Shown here: positions 28,119-36,777 of the stretch, piece after piece
Numbering within the stretch: position 1 is the stretch's first letter
Layout of the letters: each line of letters begins with the position of its first letter
Assembly (NCBI GenBank): GCA_963837425.1
Contig: CAWINH010000002.1
Location: 599,129 to 663,128 of the forward strand
DNA length: 64,000 nt
Source of the DNA: an uncultured Chloroflexia bacterium
Lineage (GTDB): Bacteria; Chloroflexota; Limnocylindria; QHBO01
Direction: 5' to 3'
Translations under genes and position numbers: made by a program
Notes under the pieces: generated by a model
Seen by the model: only the letters and a program-made list of their open reading frames with translations
What the model was told of the DNA's origin: nothing
The model's database searches: none

Positions 28119-28183
28119 AATCGGCTGATGCGCTGTGGTTCGAGCGTGAGCTTCCGAACGAAACGGGTCGAGTTATCCGCTGT
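28119..28183 (+). repeat. conserved 65-nt extension X1 following truncated tRNA copy 1
   Basis: 48/65 ungapped identities with 29533-29597 by my count. This includes the blocks GATGCGCTGTG and CGAAA(C/T)GGGTCGAGTTATCCGCTGT. Absent after the intact tRNA. Confidence 0.7.
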
Positions 28184-28247
28184 GTCGTAGCGCCGATGGG
28201 ATGCATACCGCCGTGATGTCCAGCACCTGCCGCTGGCCTGCGACGGC

Positions 28248-29258
28248 CTATGTGCTGCGCCGCCCGCGACGCCGGCTTCGCTTGTAGGCCGTGACATCGC
28301 GCTTCGTTGAGTACCAGAGCCCGTCCTGGTGAGTCGCCCGCAGTCGACCGGCTTGTGCGGCCCTCCGAAGCGCCAGCAGGCTAAGGTCGCGATCCGCGAG
28401 CGCCGACAACGGCAGCAGCCGATGTGGGCCTGCGAGGGCCGGCAAGAGGAAGCGGTCCAGTCCGTCCTTGACCGCTCGCGCAAGAAGTTCAGCGAGAGAC
28501 CCTGCGTTCCCTGCATCGGCCCGGCGGAGCGCTGCCAAGTACCGGGGCCGGTCCCGTTTGTAGATGACGGCGGGCGCATATCCTCGCCGGACGAGCAGCA
28601 GGTTCAGGGCCAGGCGACCCGCACGGCCGTTTCCATCACGGAACGGGTGGATCTGCTCGAATCGAGCATGGAGTCCAGCGAGGTGCTTCATGAGGTGCTG
28701 CCCGTCGCGCGGCGCCGCATTGGAGTCCCGGATCCAGTCGGTGATGAGCGCGTGGACGTCGGTGAACGGGGGAGGCTGCATGCCACTGGGGAACGCGGCG
28801 ATGTCGTGCAGGCGGAAGGACCCCGGACCTTCGCCGGGGGCCAGTTGCTCCGGTGGCTGCACCTTCCACACCCCCTCGATCAGGGTCCGGTGGATCTGTC
28901 GCAATTCAGTGATCGTGATGTGGTTGCTCGGCGCCCAGGCCACTGCCTTCGTTGCCTGTTCATACACCCATTCAGCGGCTTCCGCGTACCCTTGGACCTC
29001 GAGGTACTGGGCGAGTTCTTCGTTGCCCACCGCACGTCCCTCATCGAGCAGGAGCCGCACCTGCTTCAGCACCAGCGTGTTTCCCTCGATCGCGGTCGAG
29101 TTATGCGCCTCCTCGTACCAGATGCCCTTCCAGATGTCGCGTGCCTCGAACGGCGCTGGCAGGCCGCCGATACGGCGGAGCTCGTCGATCTCCCGATCGA
29201 CTGCTTCGAAGATGGCTGTGCGCGTCGGTCGGCCACGGTGTGGCATTTCGATCGCCAT
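28248..29258 (-). CDS. Fic-family protein (AMPylase-type), with intramolecular inhibitory motif
   Basis: Active-site HPFRDGNGRAGR. N-terminal STAIEG matches the (S/T)xxxE(G/N) inhibitory helix. 336 aa. Confidence 0.9.
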   Translation of the reverse strand: MAIEMPHRGRPTRTAIFEAVDREIDELRRIGGLPAPFEARDIWKGIWYEEAHNSTAIEGNTLVLKQVRLLLDEGRAVGNEELAQYLEVQGYAEAAEWVYEQATKAVAWAPSNHITITELRQIHRTLIEGVWKVQPPEQLAPGEGPGSFRLHDIAAFPSGMQPPPFTDVHALITDWIRDSNAAPRDGQHLMKHLAGLHARFEQIHPFRDGNGRAGRLALNLLLVRRGYAPAVIYKRDRPRYLAALRRADAGNAGSLAELLARAVKDGLDRFLLPALAGPHRLLPLSALADRDLSLLALRRAAQAGRLRATHQDGLWYSTKRDVTAYKRSRRRGRRST

Positions 29259-29259
29259 T

Positions 29260-29357
29260 GGAATTCAGTACGCCTAACGGGAAATATTGGGATCGTACTG
29301 AAGTCTAGTACCAGTTCGGTACGAGCGCGTCAAGAGAAATCGACCGTACCGAATTCC
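29260..29357. promoter_or_regulatory. GTAC-rich symmetric array bounded by a 12-bp inverted repeat, immediately upstream of fic
   Basis: GGAATTCAGTAC (29260-29271) versus GTACCGAATTCC (29346-29357), 11/12 complementary. Five GTAC tetramers at 29268, 29295, 29308, 29319 and 29346 give spacings of 27/13/11/27. Locally AT-rich. Confidence 0.4.
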
Positions 29358-29437
29358 CCTCGACTGGTCGATTGGCTGGGCAGCGGTCGAGCGTGACATG
29401 TCAGCGGAAGGCGTACACCGACAATACCGCTCGTCGA

Positions 29438-29532
29438 GCGCTGTGCAACAATGCGCCGTCTGGTTTCCCGCTCTGTTTGAGCGTGAAACGCGCGCCCGTA
29501 GCTCAGCGGACAGAGCGGGTGGCTTCGGACCA
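29438..29532 (+). repeat. direct repeat copy 2: tRNA-Arg upstream region plus tRNA 5' half (29492-29532), truncated
   Basis: The 41-nt tRNA part is identical to 32312-32352. The upstream ~55 nt differs at only 3 positions from copy 3 over the last 73 nt. Confidence 0.85.
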
Positions 29533-29597
29533 AGAACCTCGATGCGCTGTGCTTCCACCGTAGGCACGCGACCGAAATGGGTCGAGTTATCCGCTGT
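29533..29597 (+). repeat. conserved 65-nt extension X2 following truncated tRNA copy 2
   Basis: See X1; same length and same conserved blocks. Confidence 0.7.
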
Positions 29598-29951
29598 CGC
29601 GCCGGATTCCTCCGTACAGGGTGTTGCAGGGACTGTCGTAGCGTTCGTGGCAGCCGACGGACCGTACCGCCGCCGCGAGCCAGTCAAGCCAATCGGAGGA
29701 CCCAGGTTCCATCGCTACCTCGGTCGCCCCGTGCAATTCCGTCAACAGTTCAGGCTCTTCGGCACTTCCTATTTGACAGTAGGTGCCAGATGCTACGAGT
29801 CCGCGACGGCCCGCGGGTGGCCGAACCGCGGCGTTGGTGTCCTTCAACTCCGGCTTTGGTCGGTGGACGTCACCGCAGTGCTCTCGCGTCTAATGGGAGG
29901 TATGATGAGACGCCCAGCATCTTTACACAGTCCCCGCCAATCAGGCCTCGA

Positions 29952-30830
29952 ATGCTGGCGACTGCCCTGACAATAGCCCTGGTATCAAGCCTAACAATCG
30001 GGGCTGTCTATGCCCTAGCAAGCGACCCCAGTGTTGCCACCACCACAGGCGGCGGGTCGGACTCGGACAGGGGGAAGATCCTGCCGCTAACACCCGAACA
30101 ACAAGTCATCCTTGACCAGAAGATGGCGGAGTTGCGCGCCATGGAGGACGCCTTGGCCTGGGGGGATGCGCCCGGCCCGATCGATGGCCCGGAACCGCTA
30201 CCCTCCCCACACCCCAGTAGGGTTCTTCCAACGTACCCTCGCCACCAGTACCGGTACTTCTATTGTGGCCCTGCTACCGTCCAAGTGGCGTCCAACCTGA
30301 GTTGGGATTACTACTACTCCTCGACGAGCGGTGAAACGGGCGCGACGAACAAGCACAAGCAGACCACCATCAGCGCCACCTGGACGCACACGAACAGTAG
30401 TGGCACAACCGACGTCAACATGGTCGCCGGCATGAACGGCGCGAGCCACCTTCCATACACGCCGTTCTACTTCAAGTGGTCCAACCCGGTGTTCCAGGAT
30501 TTCCACAACGCGATCATCATGGACACCGATGGATACGGCATGGCGCTAGCCGTCCACGTCAACCCGCGCGACACGGTGAACGGGAACTACTACCTTCCCA
30601 ACTGGGCGGGGGTGGACCCGAGCTCCGGCTACGGGCACTACATCGCGATCAACGGCTATTCAGGGCTCTACAGCGACCCCGTCCGGTGGGCCTACTACGA
30701 CGATTCATCGGGCGGGGTTGACGAGTACGACGGCCACACCGTCATCCTCGGCTCGACTGGGGCCTACCGCTATGGCAGCTATGGCCTCTGGGAGACGATG
30801 AGAAATGGGAACAACTACCTGATCTGGTAG
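29952..30830 (+). CDS. secreted papain-fold cysteine peptidase-like protein (C39-like)
   Basis: Hydrophobic N-terminus. Gln-x5-Cys in HQYRYFYCGPATV (papain-like Gln/Cys spacing) and His in GHYIAINGY. The ATG at 29952 has no SD. A strong GGGAGG-N1-ATGATG at 29895-29907 lies in another frame, so the true start may be 29902 with a 1-nt frameshift near the CCCC run at 29932-29935. Confidence 0.65.
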   Translation: MLATALTIALVSSLTIGAVYALASDPSVATTTGGGSDSDRGKILPLTPEQQVILDQKMAELRAMEDALAWGDAPGPIDGPEPLPSPHPSRVLPTYPRHQYRYFYCGPATVQVASNLSWDYYYSSTSGETGATNKHKQTTISATWTHTNSSGTTDVNMVAGMNGASHLPYTPFYFKWSNPVFQDFHNAIIMDTDGYGMALAVHVNPRDTVNGNYYLPNWAGVDPSSGYGHYIAINGYSGLYSDPVRWAYYDDSSGGVDEYDGHTVILGSTGAYRYGSYGLWETMRNGNNYLIW

Positions 30831-30838
30831 GGCTCACA

Positions 30839-32026
30839 TTGAAGTCTGTCGGCCCCGCTCTGGGCGCGATCCTGCTCCTCGCCGGGTGCGTAACCCCCAG
30901 TCCGCCCCCGACGGGGATCCCATCTGACACCCCGCGCGCTTCGCAAAGGTCGATCGGTCCGTCGGGTGCGCCATCAGAGGCACCGTCGTGGCTGACCACG
31001 GGGGCCATTGACCAGAAAGACACCACCCCTGCCCTGGCCTATACGAGTACCGGGAAGTACTTGGTGTGGTCGTCTGGTGTCCGGCTCGGGCCGTCGGCCC
31101 AACTGGCGCCCGATCTGTTTGGCTCCACCCCCGGCGGTCCTGTCCAGTTGCTCTACGACAACCCAAACCGGGGCTCCGAGCTCCGTCGGATCGTGGGCGA
31201 CGGTAATCAGCTCGCCTTTGTCGAACAGAACATCGGGGTCTTGGGCCTCGGAGGCTGGACGTTGTGGTACGTCCCCAGTCCAGGCACCGATGCCATCGAG
31301 ATCGACCACGGGGTTATGACTGCACTGCCCGACATCGCCCTCGGCGGCAAGTGGCTGGTCTGGATGTCGGCCCCGGGTGAGGACAGCCAGCTGCTGGCCA
31401 TGGACCTGACGACCATGACGCGCCGCGAGCTGCTTGCGAGTCCGGCCCTCGAGACCCAGTACTGGCATCCCGCCGTCGATGGCGACCGGCTCGTATACGG
31501 CACCGTCGAGATGAGTCCCGACGGCCGCAGCGACGAGCGCCACATCTACCTGTTGGATCTGGCCGACTCCGGCGAGCCAGAGCGCCTCGATCACAGCACC
31601 TCCGCCTCCGAGCCCGCCATCCACGGCGATGACGTGATCTGGAAGGAGTCAGACCCGCGGCTCAACTTCGTGGTGAGCGGCGGCATCGTGCACTACGACC
31701 TGCGGACCGGCGCGAGCGAACCATTGCGAATGATGCCCGGCCCTCAGCCCGAGATCGACGGGTACCCGGCGGGGTGGATGCTGCCGAGCATCGGGAACCG
31801 CTACGTGGCGGCTTGGTCGGATTCCTCCAACGGCGACCGGACGATGTACCTCGCCGATTTCCGCACCGGCGACCTCCTCCAGATTCTTGACTTGGGCCCC
31901 ACTGACGAAGCCCCGCATAACGTCGCCGTGCGACCGGAGCTGTCGGGCGACCTGCTGGCCTATGTCTTCGCTCCCGCCGATGGCGACCTGGAGCTGCGCT
32001 GGATTCGCATTGGCGCTGGCCCCTGA
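30839..32026 (+). CDS. lipoprotein with repeated beta-strand (TolB/beta-propeller-like) architecture
   Basis: TTG start, lipobox LLLAGC. Recurrent motifs of the type G..LV(W/Y)...D....IY..DL across 395 aa. Confidence 0.55.
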   Translation: MKSVGPALGAILLLAGCVTPSPPPTGIPSDTPRASQRSIGPSGAPSEAPSWLTTGAIDQKDTTPALAYTSTGKYLVWSSGVRLGPSAQLAPDLFGSTPGGPVQLLYDNPNRGSELRRIVGDGNQLAFVEQNIGVLGLGGWTLWYVPSPGTDAIEIDHGVMTALPDIALGGKWLVWMSAPGEDSQLLAMDLTTMTRRELLASPALETQYWHPAVDGDRLVYGTVEMSPDGRSDERHIYLLDLADSGEPERLDHSTSASEPAIHGDDVIWKESDPRLNFVVSGGIVHYDLRTGASEPLRMMPGPQPEIDGYPAGWMLPSIGNRYVAAWSDSSNGDRTMYLADFRTGDLLQILDLGPTDEAPHNVAVRPELSGDLLAYVFAPADGDLELRWIRIGAGP

Positions 32027-32258
32027 AGGGCGGCTGGAGCCGACGAGGGAAACTCCGCCGGGCAGGTGAGGGAGGCGAGATCGGCGTGTTGCGTGGCTAC
32101 CGAAAGGTTCGCCGCGGCGCACATTCCCAGGTGAAACTGGTTGACGTTGGCGGCGAGGTCGCCGCGGGTTACGATAGCCGAGGCGGGGGAGGCTGACGAC
32201 AGCGCCGCGGGACTCCGTCCGACGGTTCAGAAGACGCGTCGGTCGTTCCGCTCTCATA

Positions 32259-32311
32259 ACGCTGTAGTCAATGCTGAATCTGGTTTTCCGCTCTCATTGA
32301 GCGTGAAACGC
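32259..32311 (+). repeat. direct repeat copy 3, upstream (promoter-containing) part preceding the intact tRNA
   Basis: Aligns with the equivalent parts of copies 1 and 2. TTCCGCTCTCAT occurs twice here (32247-32258 and 32287-32298). Confidence 0.7.
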
Positions 32312-32387
32312 GCGCCCGTAGCTCAGCGGACAGAGCGGGTGGCTTCGGACCATCAGGTCGCGGGTTCAAATCCTGCCGGGCGCGCCA
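32312..32387 (+). tRNA. tRNA-Arg (anticodon TCG), CCA encoded
   Basis: Manual fold: acceptor GCGCCCG/CGGGCGC, D-arm GCTC/GAGC, anticodon stem GGTGG/CCATC with loop CTTCGGA, variable loop AGGTC, T-arm GCGGG-TTCAAAT-CCTGC, discriminator G, CCA. Confidence 0.9.
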
Positions 32388-32422
32388 TAGCAAACGATCC
32401 GGTCAGCGATACAGCACGTGGT

Positions 32423-33436
32423 CTAGGCGCGAACCTCTTGGCGCAGGAAGCCGACGTAGGCTCCGGCGAACGAGGCCACCATGAGCGCCACGAGGGCGAC
32501 GAGGTAGGGCCACGCGATGAGCAGGCTCTGGTCCAGTGAGAGGATCGTGGGCACCTGCTGCGAGAGCTGGATGAGCTGCCCAGGCCCGGAGACCGAGAGC
32601 GCGGTGATGCCCGGGTCGAGGGTCACCGCCGTCACCTGCTGGAAGAGCGAATCCGGGCTCAGCGCGGACAGGAGCTGGAGCGTCTGCGCGTGCGCGATCG
32701 TCTGGTCGATCGTCGCGTTGTCTGGCAGCGGCGACAGTGCCCCGGCGACGAGGTTCGCGAGAAGGCTGCCGAACAGCGTGAGCGACAGCCAGACCCCAAT
32801 GGCGATCAGCGCGGACGTCGCGGCGCGCCCGGTCAGCACCGAGCACAGGGTGGCGAAGGCCAGCCAGACGCCGATGTAGACGATCGTCACCACCAGCCAC
32901 ACGACGAGCCGTTCGACCTCGCCGAATGCCGGGACGATCCCGAGCCGCAGCAGGCCCATCCCGGCCACGAGGGCCGTCATCGCGATGACGACCAGGCTGA
33001 TGACCGTCAGCCCCGCCACGAACTTGCCGTTGATGACGTCGTCGCGGTGGATCGGCTGCGCGAGGAGGCGGGGGAGCGTGCCCTGCGACCGCTCGCCGTT
33101 CACCGCGTCGAAACCAAACGCGATTCCGAGCAGGGGCGCCAGGAAGCCGATGAGGCCCACGAAGGACGGGACCGGATCGTGACCGATCGTGAAGAGCGCC
33201 AGGAAGACCGCGTGCGCCCCGCTCGCCTGCTCCGCGACGCTGCGGATGTCGCCCGACGAGAAGTACACCGGGGTCGCGGCGGCGAGCCCCAGGATGAGGA
33301 GCAGAACGAGGAAGCGGGAGCTGGTGACCGCATCGGCCAGCTCCTTGCCGGCCACGGCGCGCCATCCCCCGGCAGCGCTGCGGACGGCGGGGGGTGGCGT
33401 GGTGGTGGGTGCGGCCGTCGCCGCCGGCGTCGTCAC
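32423..33436 (-). CDS. ABC-2-type transporter permease
   Basis: 337 aa, six or more hydrophobic segments with a large loop. ATGA-type overlap with the ATPase gene. Confidence 0.75.
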   Translation of the reverse strand: MTTPAATAAPTTTPPPAVRSAAGGWRAVAGKELADAVTSSRFLVLLLILGLAAATPVYFSSGDIRSVAEQASGAHAVFLALFTIGHDPVPSFVGLIGFLAPLLGIAFGFDAVNGERSQGTLPRLLAQPIHRDDVINGKFVAGLTVISLVVIAMTALVAGMGLLRLGIVPAFGEVERLVVWLVVTIVYIGVWLAFATLCSVLTGRAATSALIAIGVWLSLTLFGSLLANLVAGALSPLPDNATIDQTIAHAQTLQLLSALSPDSLFQQVTAVTLDPGITALSVSGPGQLIQLSQQVPTILSLDQSLLIAWPYLVALVALMVASFAGAYVGFLRQEVRA

Positions 33437-34200
33437 GACGCCTTCTTCGCCGATGCCTCGGCGCGAGCCACCAGGCGACGGTACGTGTCATCGAGGCTGA
33501 GCGAGGCGTCGCCGGCCCGCTTCGCGAGCTCGGGAACGGTTCCCTCGGCGATCATCCGGCCGGCCAGGAAGATGCCGACCCGGTTGCAGATGCCCTGCGC
33601 CTGGGCCAGGAGATGGCTCGAGAGCAGGACGCCGAGCTCGCGCTCGTGCACCAGCCGTTCGATGAGCTCGAGGATCTCGGCCACGCCGGTCGGGTCGATC
33701 GCCATCGTCGGCTCGTCGAGGATGAGCACCGCCGGGTCCTTCACGAGCGCATCGGCGATGCCGAGCCGCTGGCGCATGCCGCGCGAATAGGTGCCGACCC
33801 GTTGGTCGGCGGCATCGGCCAGGCCCACCTGCTCGATAAGCCCGTCGATGAGCGGCATGGCGTCGTTCGGATTCATCCCGTTCAGCCGGGCCGTGTAGCG
33901 GAGGTTTGCGCGCGCCGAGAGCCGGTCGTAGAAGCCGACCGCATCGGGCAGGTAGCCGACCCGGCGCTTCACCTCGAGTGGGTGGCGGGCCGGGTCCATC
34001 CCAAGCACACGTGCGGTGCCGGCGCTCGGCTCGGTGAGCCCGAGCAGCATGAGGATCGTCGTCGTCTTGCCGGCGCCGTTCGGGCCGAGCAGACCGAAGA
34101 CTTCCCCACGCTTGACCCGCAGGCTCAACCGGTTGACGGCCGTGAACGATCCGTAGCGCTTTGTGAGGTTGCTGGTCTCGATGAGCGGGGCGTCGGCCAT
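33433..34200 (-). CDS. ABC transporter ATP-binding protein
   Basis: ATG at 34200. Walker [10 protein letters not shown], signature YSRGMRQRL, Walker B LILDEPT. Confidence 0.9.
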   Translation of the reverse strand: MADAPLIETSNLTKRYGSFTAVNRLSLRVKRGEVFGLLGPNGAGKTTTILMLLGLTEPSAGTARVLGMDPARHPLEVKRRVGYLPDAVGFYDRLSARANLRYTARLNGMNPNDAMPLIDGLIEQVGLADAADQRVGTYSRGMRQRLGIADALVKDPAVLILDEPTMAIDPTGVAEILELIERLVHERELGVLLSSHLLAQAQGICNRVGIFLAGRMIAEGTVPELAKRAGDASLSLDDTYRRLVARAEASAKKAS

Positions 34201-34204
34201 GGCG

Positions 34205-35398
34205 CTATCGCCGTCCGTAGCGCTGGAAGACCCAGTACAGGCCACCGACCGCGGCGAGGATCAGCGCGACCCCGAGCACGCCCCACAACGGCGAGGTGTC
34301 CACCGTGACGCGGATCTGCATGCTCTCGCTCGCCTGGTCGTTCGCCGCGGTGATCGTCACCTGGTAATCGCCGGCAATCGCGTCACCCGACGGTTTGATG
34401 TGGGCCACCGCCGTCCCCTGGTTGCCGGCCGTCACGGTGTCGAGCGTCGAAGGGTCGAAGGTGACGTCCCAGCCGCTCGGTGCCGATGAGGTCAGGTTCA
34501 CGCCGGTCAGATCGCTCGTCCCGTCGTTGCTGACGACGACGGTGAGATCGCCGGCCGCTCCGGCGGTCGTGTTCGCGTTGAGGCGACCGTCGACGGTCGT
34601 CACCGACATCTTCACCTGCCCGGTGATCTCGACCGTCAGCGCTGCAGTCGCGTCGTGGCCGCCGGTCCCGGACGCCTGCACCGCGATCTGGAACGAGCCG
34701 GACTTCACCGTGGAGGGCGGCGTCGTGGACACCGAGATCGCCTGGGTTGACCCGGCCTCAACCGTGAAGCTGGCCGCCTGCTGCTGGCCCGATACGGTGG
34801 CGCTCACCGTCCAGCCGCTGGGGCCCGTGGCCTGAACGCTGAACGTGAGCTGCTGGGGGGTGTCGTTGTGGAGGGTGAGGCTGAACGGGAAGGTCGCGTC
34901 AGAAGCACCCTGCAGCGATGGGAAGTCGGTCGTCAGGCTCACCGTTCCGCCAGCCGCCTGTGCCACGACGACCGTCAGCGGGAGCGTCACGGTGCTGCCG
35001 CCGCCGGTGGCGGTGACTTTCATGTTCGTGGTGCCGTCGGTCGCGTCGGCGGGGATCGCCACGTCGAGCTGAACCGTCGCCGGCGTGTCAGTCGCGACGT
35101 ACACGCTCTGGACCTCGAGGTTTCCACCGTGGAGGTTCGCCGTCCACCCGTCGGGCACGCCGGAGAGCTTCAGATCGGCGGTCACCGCGCTGGTGGCGGC
35201 GACGGTCAGGACGAACGTCGCGTTCGAGCCGGGCTGGACGGCGATCGAGGGATACGGCGTGGTGAGCTCAAGCCCGCTGGCTGCACGGACCGGCGGAAGC
35301 CATCCGACGGTCATCAACAGGGCCATCACGATGGCGCCTGCGGCAACCATCAGCCGATGCGGCACGGTGTGCCGGCGTGGCACGGCGGCGACGAGCAT
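34205..35398 (-). CDS. exported NEW3/CARDB-like repeat protein with C-terminal TM anchor
   Basis: ATG at 35398 after GGAGGTG. Signal peptide, then four similar Ig-like modules (repeated PSGW(T/D)V...AG...V pattern), then a C-terminal helix plus RYGRR. Confidence 0.7.
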   Translation of the reverse strand: MLVAAVPRRHTVPHRLMVAAGAIVMALLMTVGWLPPVRAASGLELTTPYPSIAVQPGSNATFVLTVAATSAVTADLKLSGVPDGWTANLHGGNLEVQSVYVATDTPATVQLDVAIPADATDGTTNMKVTATGGGSTVTLPLTVVVAQAAGGTVSLTTDFPSLQGASDATFPFSLTLHNDTPQQLTFSVQATGPSGWTVSATVSGQQQAASFTVEAGSTQAISVSTTPPSTVKSGSFQIAVQASGTGGHDATAALTVEITGQVKMSVTTVDGRLNANTTAGAAGDLTVVVSNDGTSDLTGVNLTSSAPSGWDVTFDPSTLDTVTAGNQGTAVAHIKPSGDAIAGDYQVTITAANDQASESMQIRVTVDTSPLWGVLGVALILAAVGGLYWVFQRYGRR

Positions 35399-35504
35399 GA
35401 ACACCTCCAAGGCGATTCGACACAGCAGGACCGGGGCAGGGAGCCCGGCTCCTCGGCCCGACGCACAACCTACGTGCGGTTCGTTCATCTCAGGACGCAT
35501 TCGC

Positions 35505-36768
35505 ATGAAGACTGCTTTACCGAATCGCGTTCTCGCGTTCGCGCCGAGGGGTCTGGCTGCGATGATTGCACGCATGCTGCGCTCCCTGCTCGCCGAACGC
35601 GACTGGGCGGTGCCGACCAGCCTGACGCTGGTTGCCCTGGCCGTCTATCTGCTCACCGGTCCGACGAGCCCGGGCGGGGACTCGTTCGTTCCGTTGGCGG
35701 ACGCGTTCCTGCACGGCCATCTGTGGATCGCGCCGGACCGGCCGTGGCTCGAGCTCGTGCCGCGTCCCGACGGGAGTCAGTACTCACCCTTCCCACCCGT
35801 CCCGGCGTTCGTGCTGATGCCGATCGTGGCGATCACGGGATCGCAGCCGTGGTACTCGGAGGTGCCGTCGAACCTGACCTGCGCGGTGCTCGGCGCCGTG
35901 AACGTGGCGCTCGCCTACGGGCTCCTGCGTCGGATCGGGACCGCACCCGCGCCGCGCGTCGTGCTGACGATCGGCTTCGCGTTCACGACCCACTGGTGGG
36001 TGGCCGGGATGGCCGGGACCCACCTCTGGGCGCAGGTGGTCGCCACCTTCTTCCTGCTCCTGGCGTTGCACGCCGGGATCCGGCGCCGATGGCCGCTCGC
36101 CGCCGGGCTGGCGCTCGGCCTCGCCGCGGGCAGCCGGCTGCCGACCGGGTTCGCACTCCCGCTGTTCGCGGCCCTCTACGCGATTCCCGGCCGCTGGCGC
36201 CCGACGCGGGCGCACCTGTCACTGGCAATCGGGCTCGCCGTGCCGGCGCTGATCATCGTCTGGTACAACCTCGCCCGATTCGGGTCGCCGTTGGACTTCG
36301 GCTACGCGCACATCCCGTCGGGGGAGACCGGGCTCGTCACGGACGAGCCGTGGTTCCGCTACGGCCTCATCTCCCCGCTCTACATCCCGCGCGAGCTGTA
36401 CGCGATCCTGCTGCAGAGCTTCGAGTGGAGGGACACGGCCCCCTTCCTGATCCCGGCGTCGACCGGCCTGGCCCTGACGCTCTCCGCCCCGTTCCTCTTC
36501 TGGGCGGTGCGCGCGCGCGGGGGCGCTCGTGCCGGTCACCTGGCTGGCGGTCGGGCTGGTCATGCTCCCGGACCTCATGCACGGATCGTGGGGATTCGCC
36601 CAGTTCGGCTATCGATTCGCCCTCGATGCGATCCCGCTGCTCCTTCTCCTTCTCGGCTGGGCATACCGCGAGCGGGCCAGCCGCTCGCTGATCATCGCGG
36701 TCGGCGTCGGAGTGGCCATCCACGCCTACGCGATCGTGGCCATCAACCTCCTTGGCGCCTGGAGCTAG
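35505..36768 (+). pseudogene. ArnT/PMT-like (GT39/GT83-type) membrane glycosyltransferase, one frameshift
   Basis: Polytopic protein. The reading frame switches near 36515-36525 at the G-run cgggggcg, from ...FLFWAVRARG to ...LVPVTWLAVGLVMLPDLMHGSWGFAQFGYRF. Confidence 0.55.
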
Positions 36769-36777
36769 GGGAGCGAG

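Noticed and set aside
28119-28247. Group I intron or other intervening sequence interrupting tRNA-Arg in the anticodon loop.
   Set aside because: Identity to the intact tRNA extends past the anticodon loop into the 3' stem strand (CCA), so the breakpoint is not at an intron position. No 3' exon follows before the fic gene or the peptidase gene.
29587-29847. 86-aa minus-strand ORF between extension X2 and the peptidase gene, as a possible excisionase or small regulator.
   Set aside because: It has a TTG start without an RBS and no recognisable motif. It lies in a region where any frame stays open, so it cannot be supported from sequence alone.
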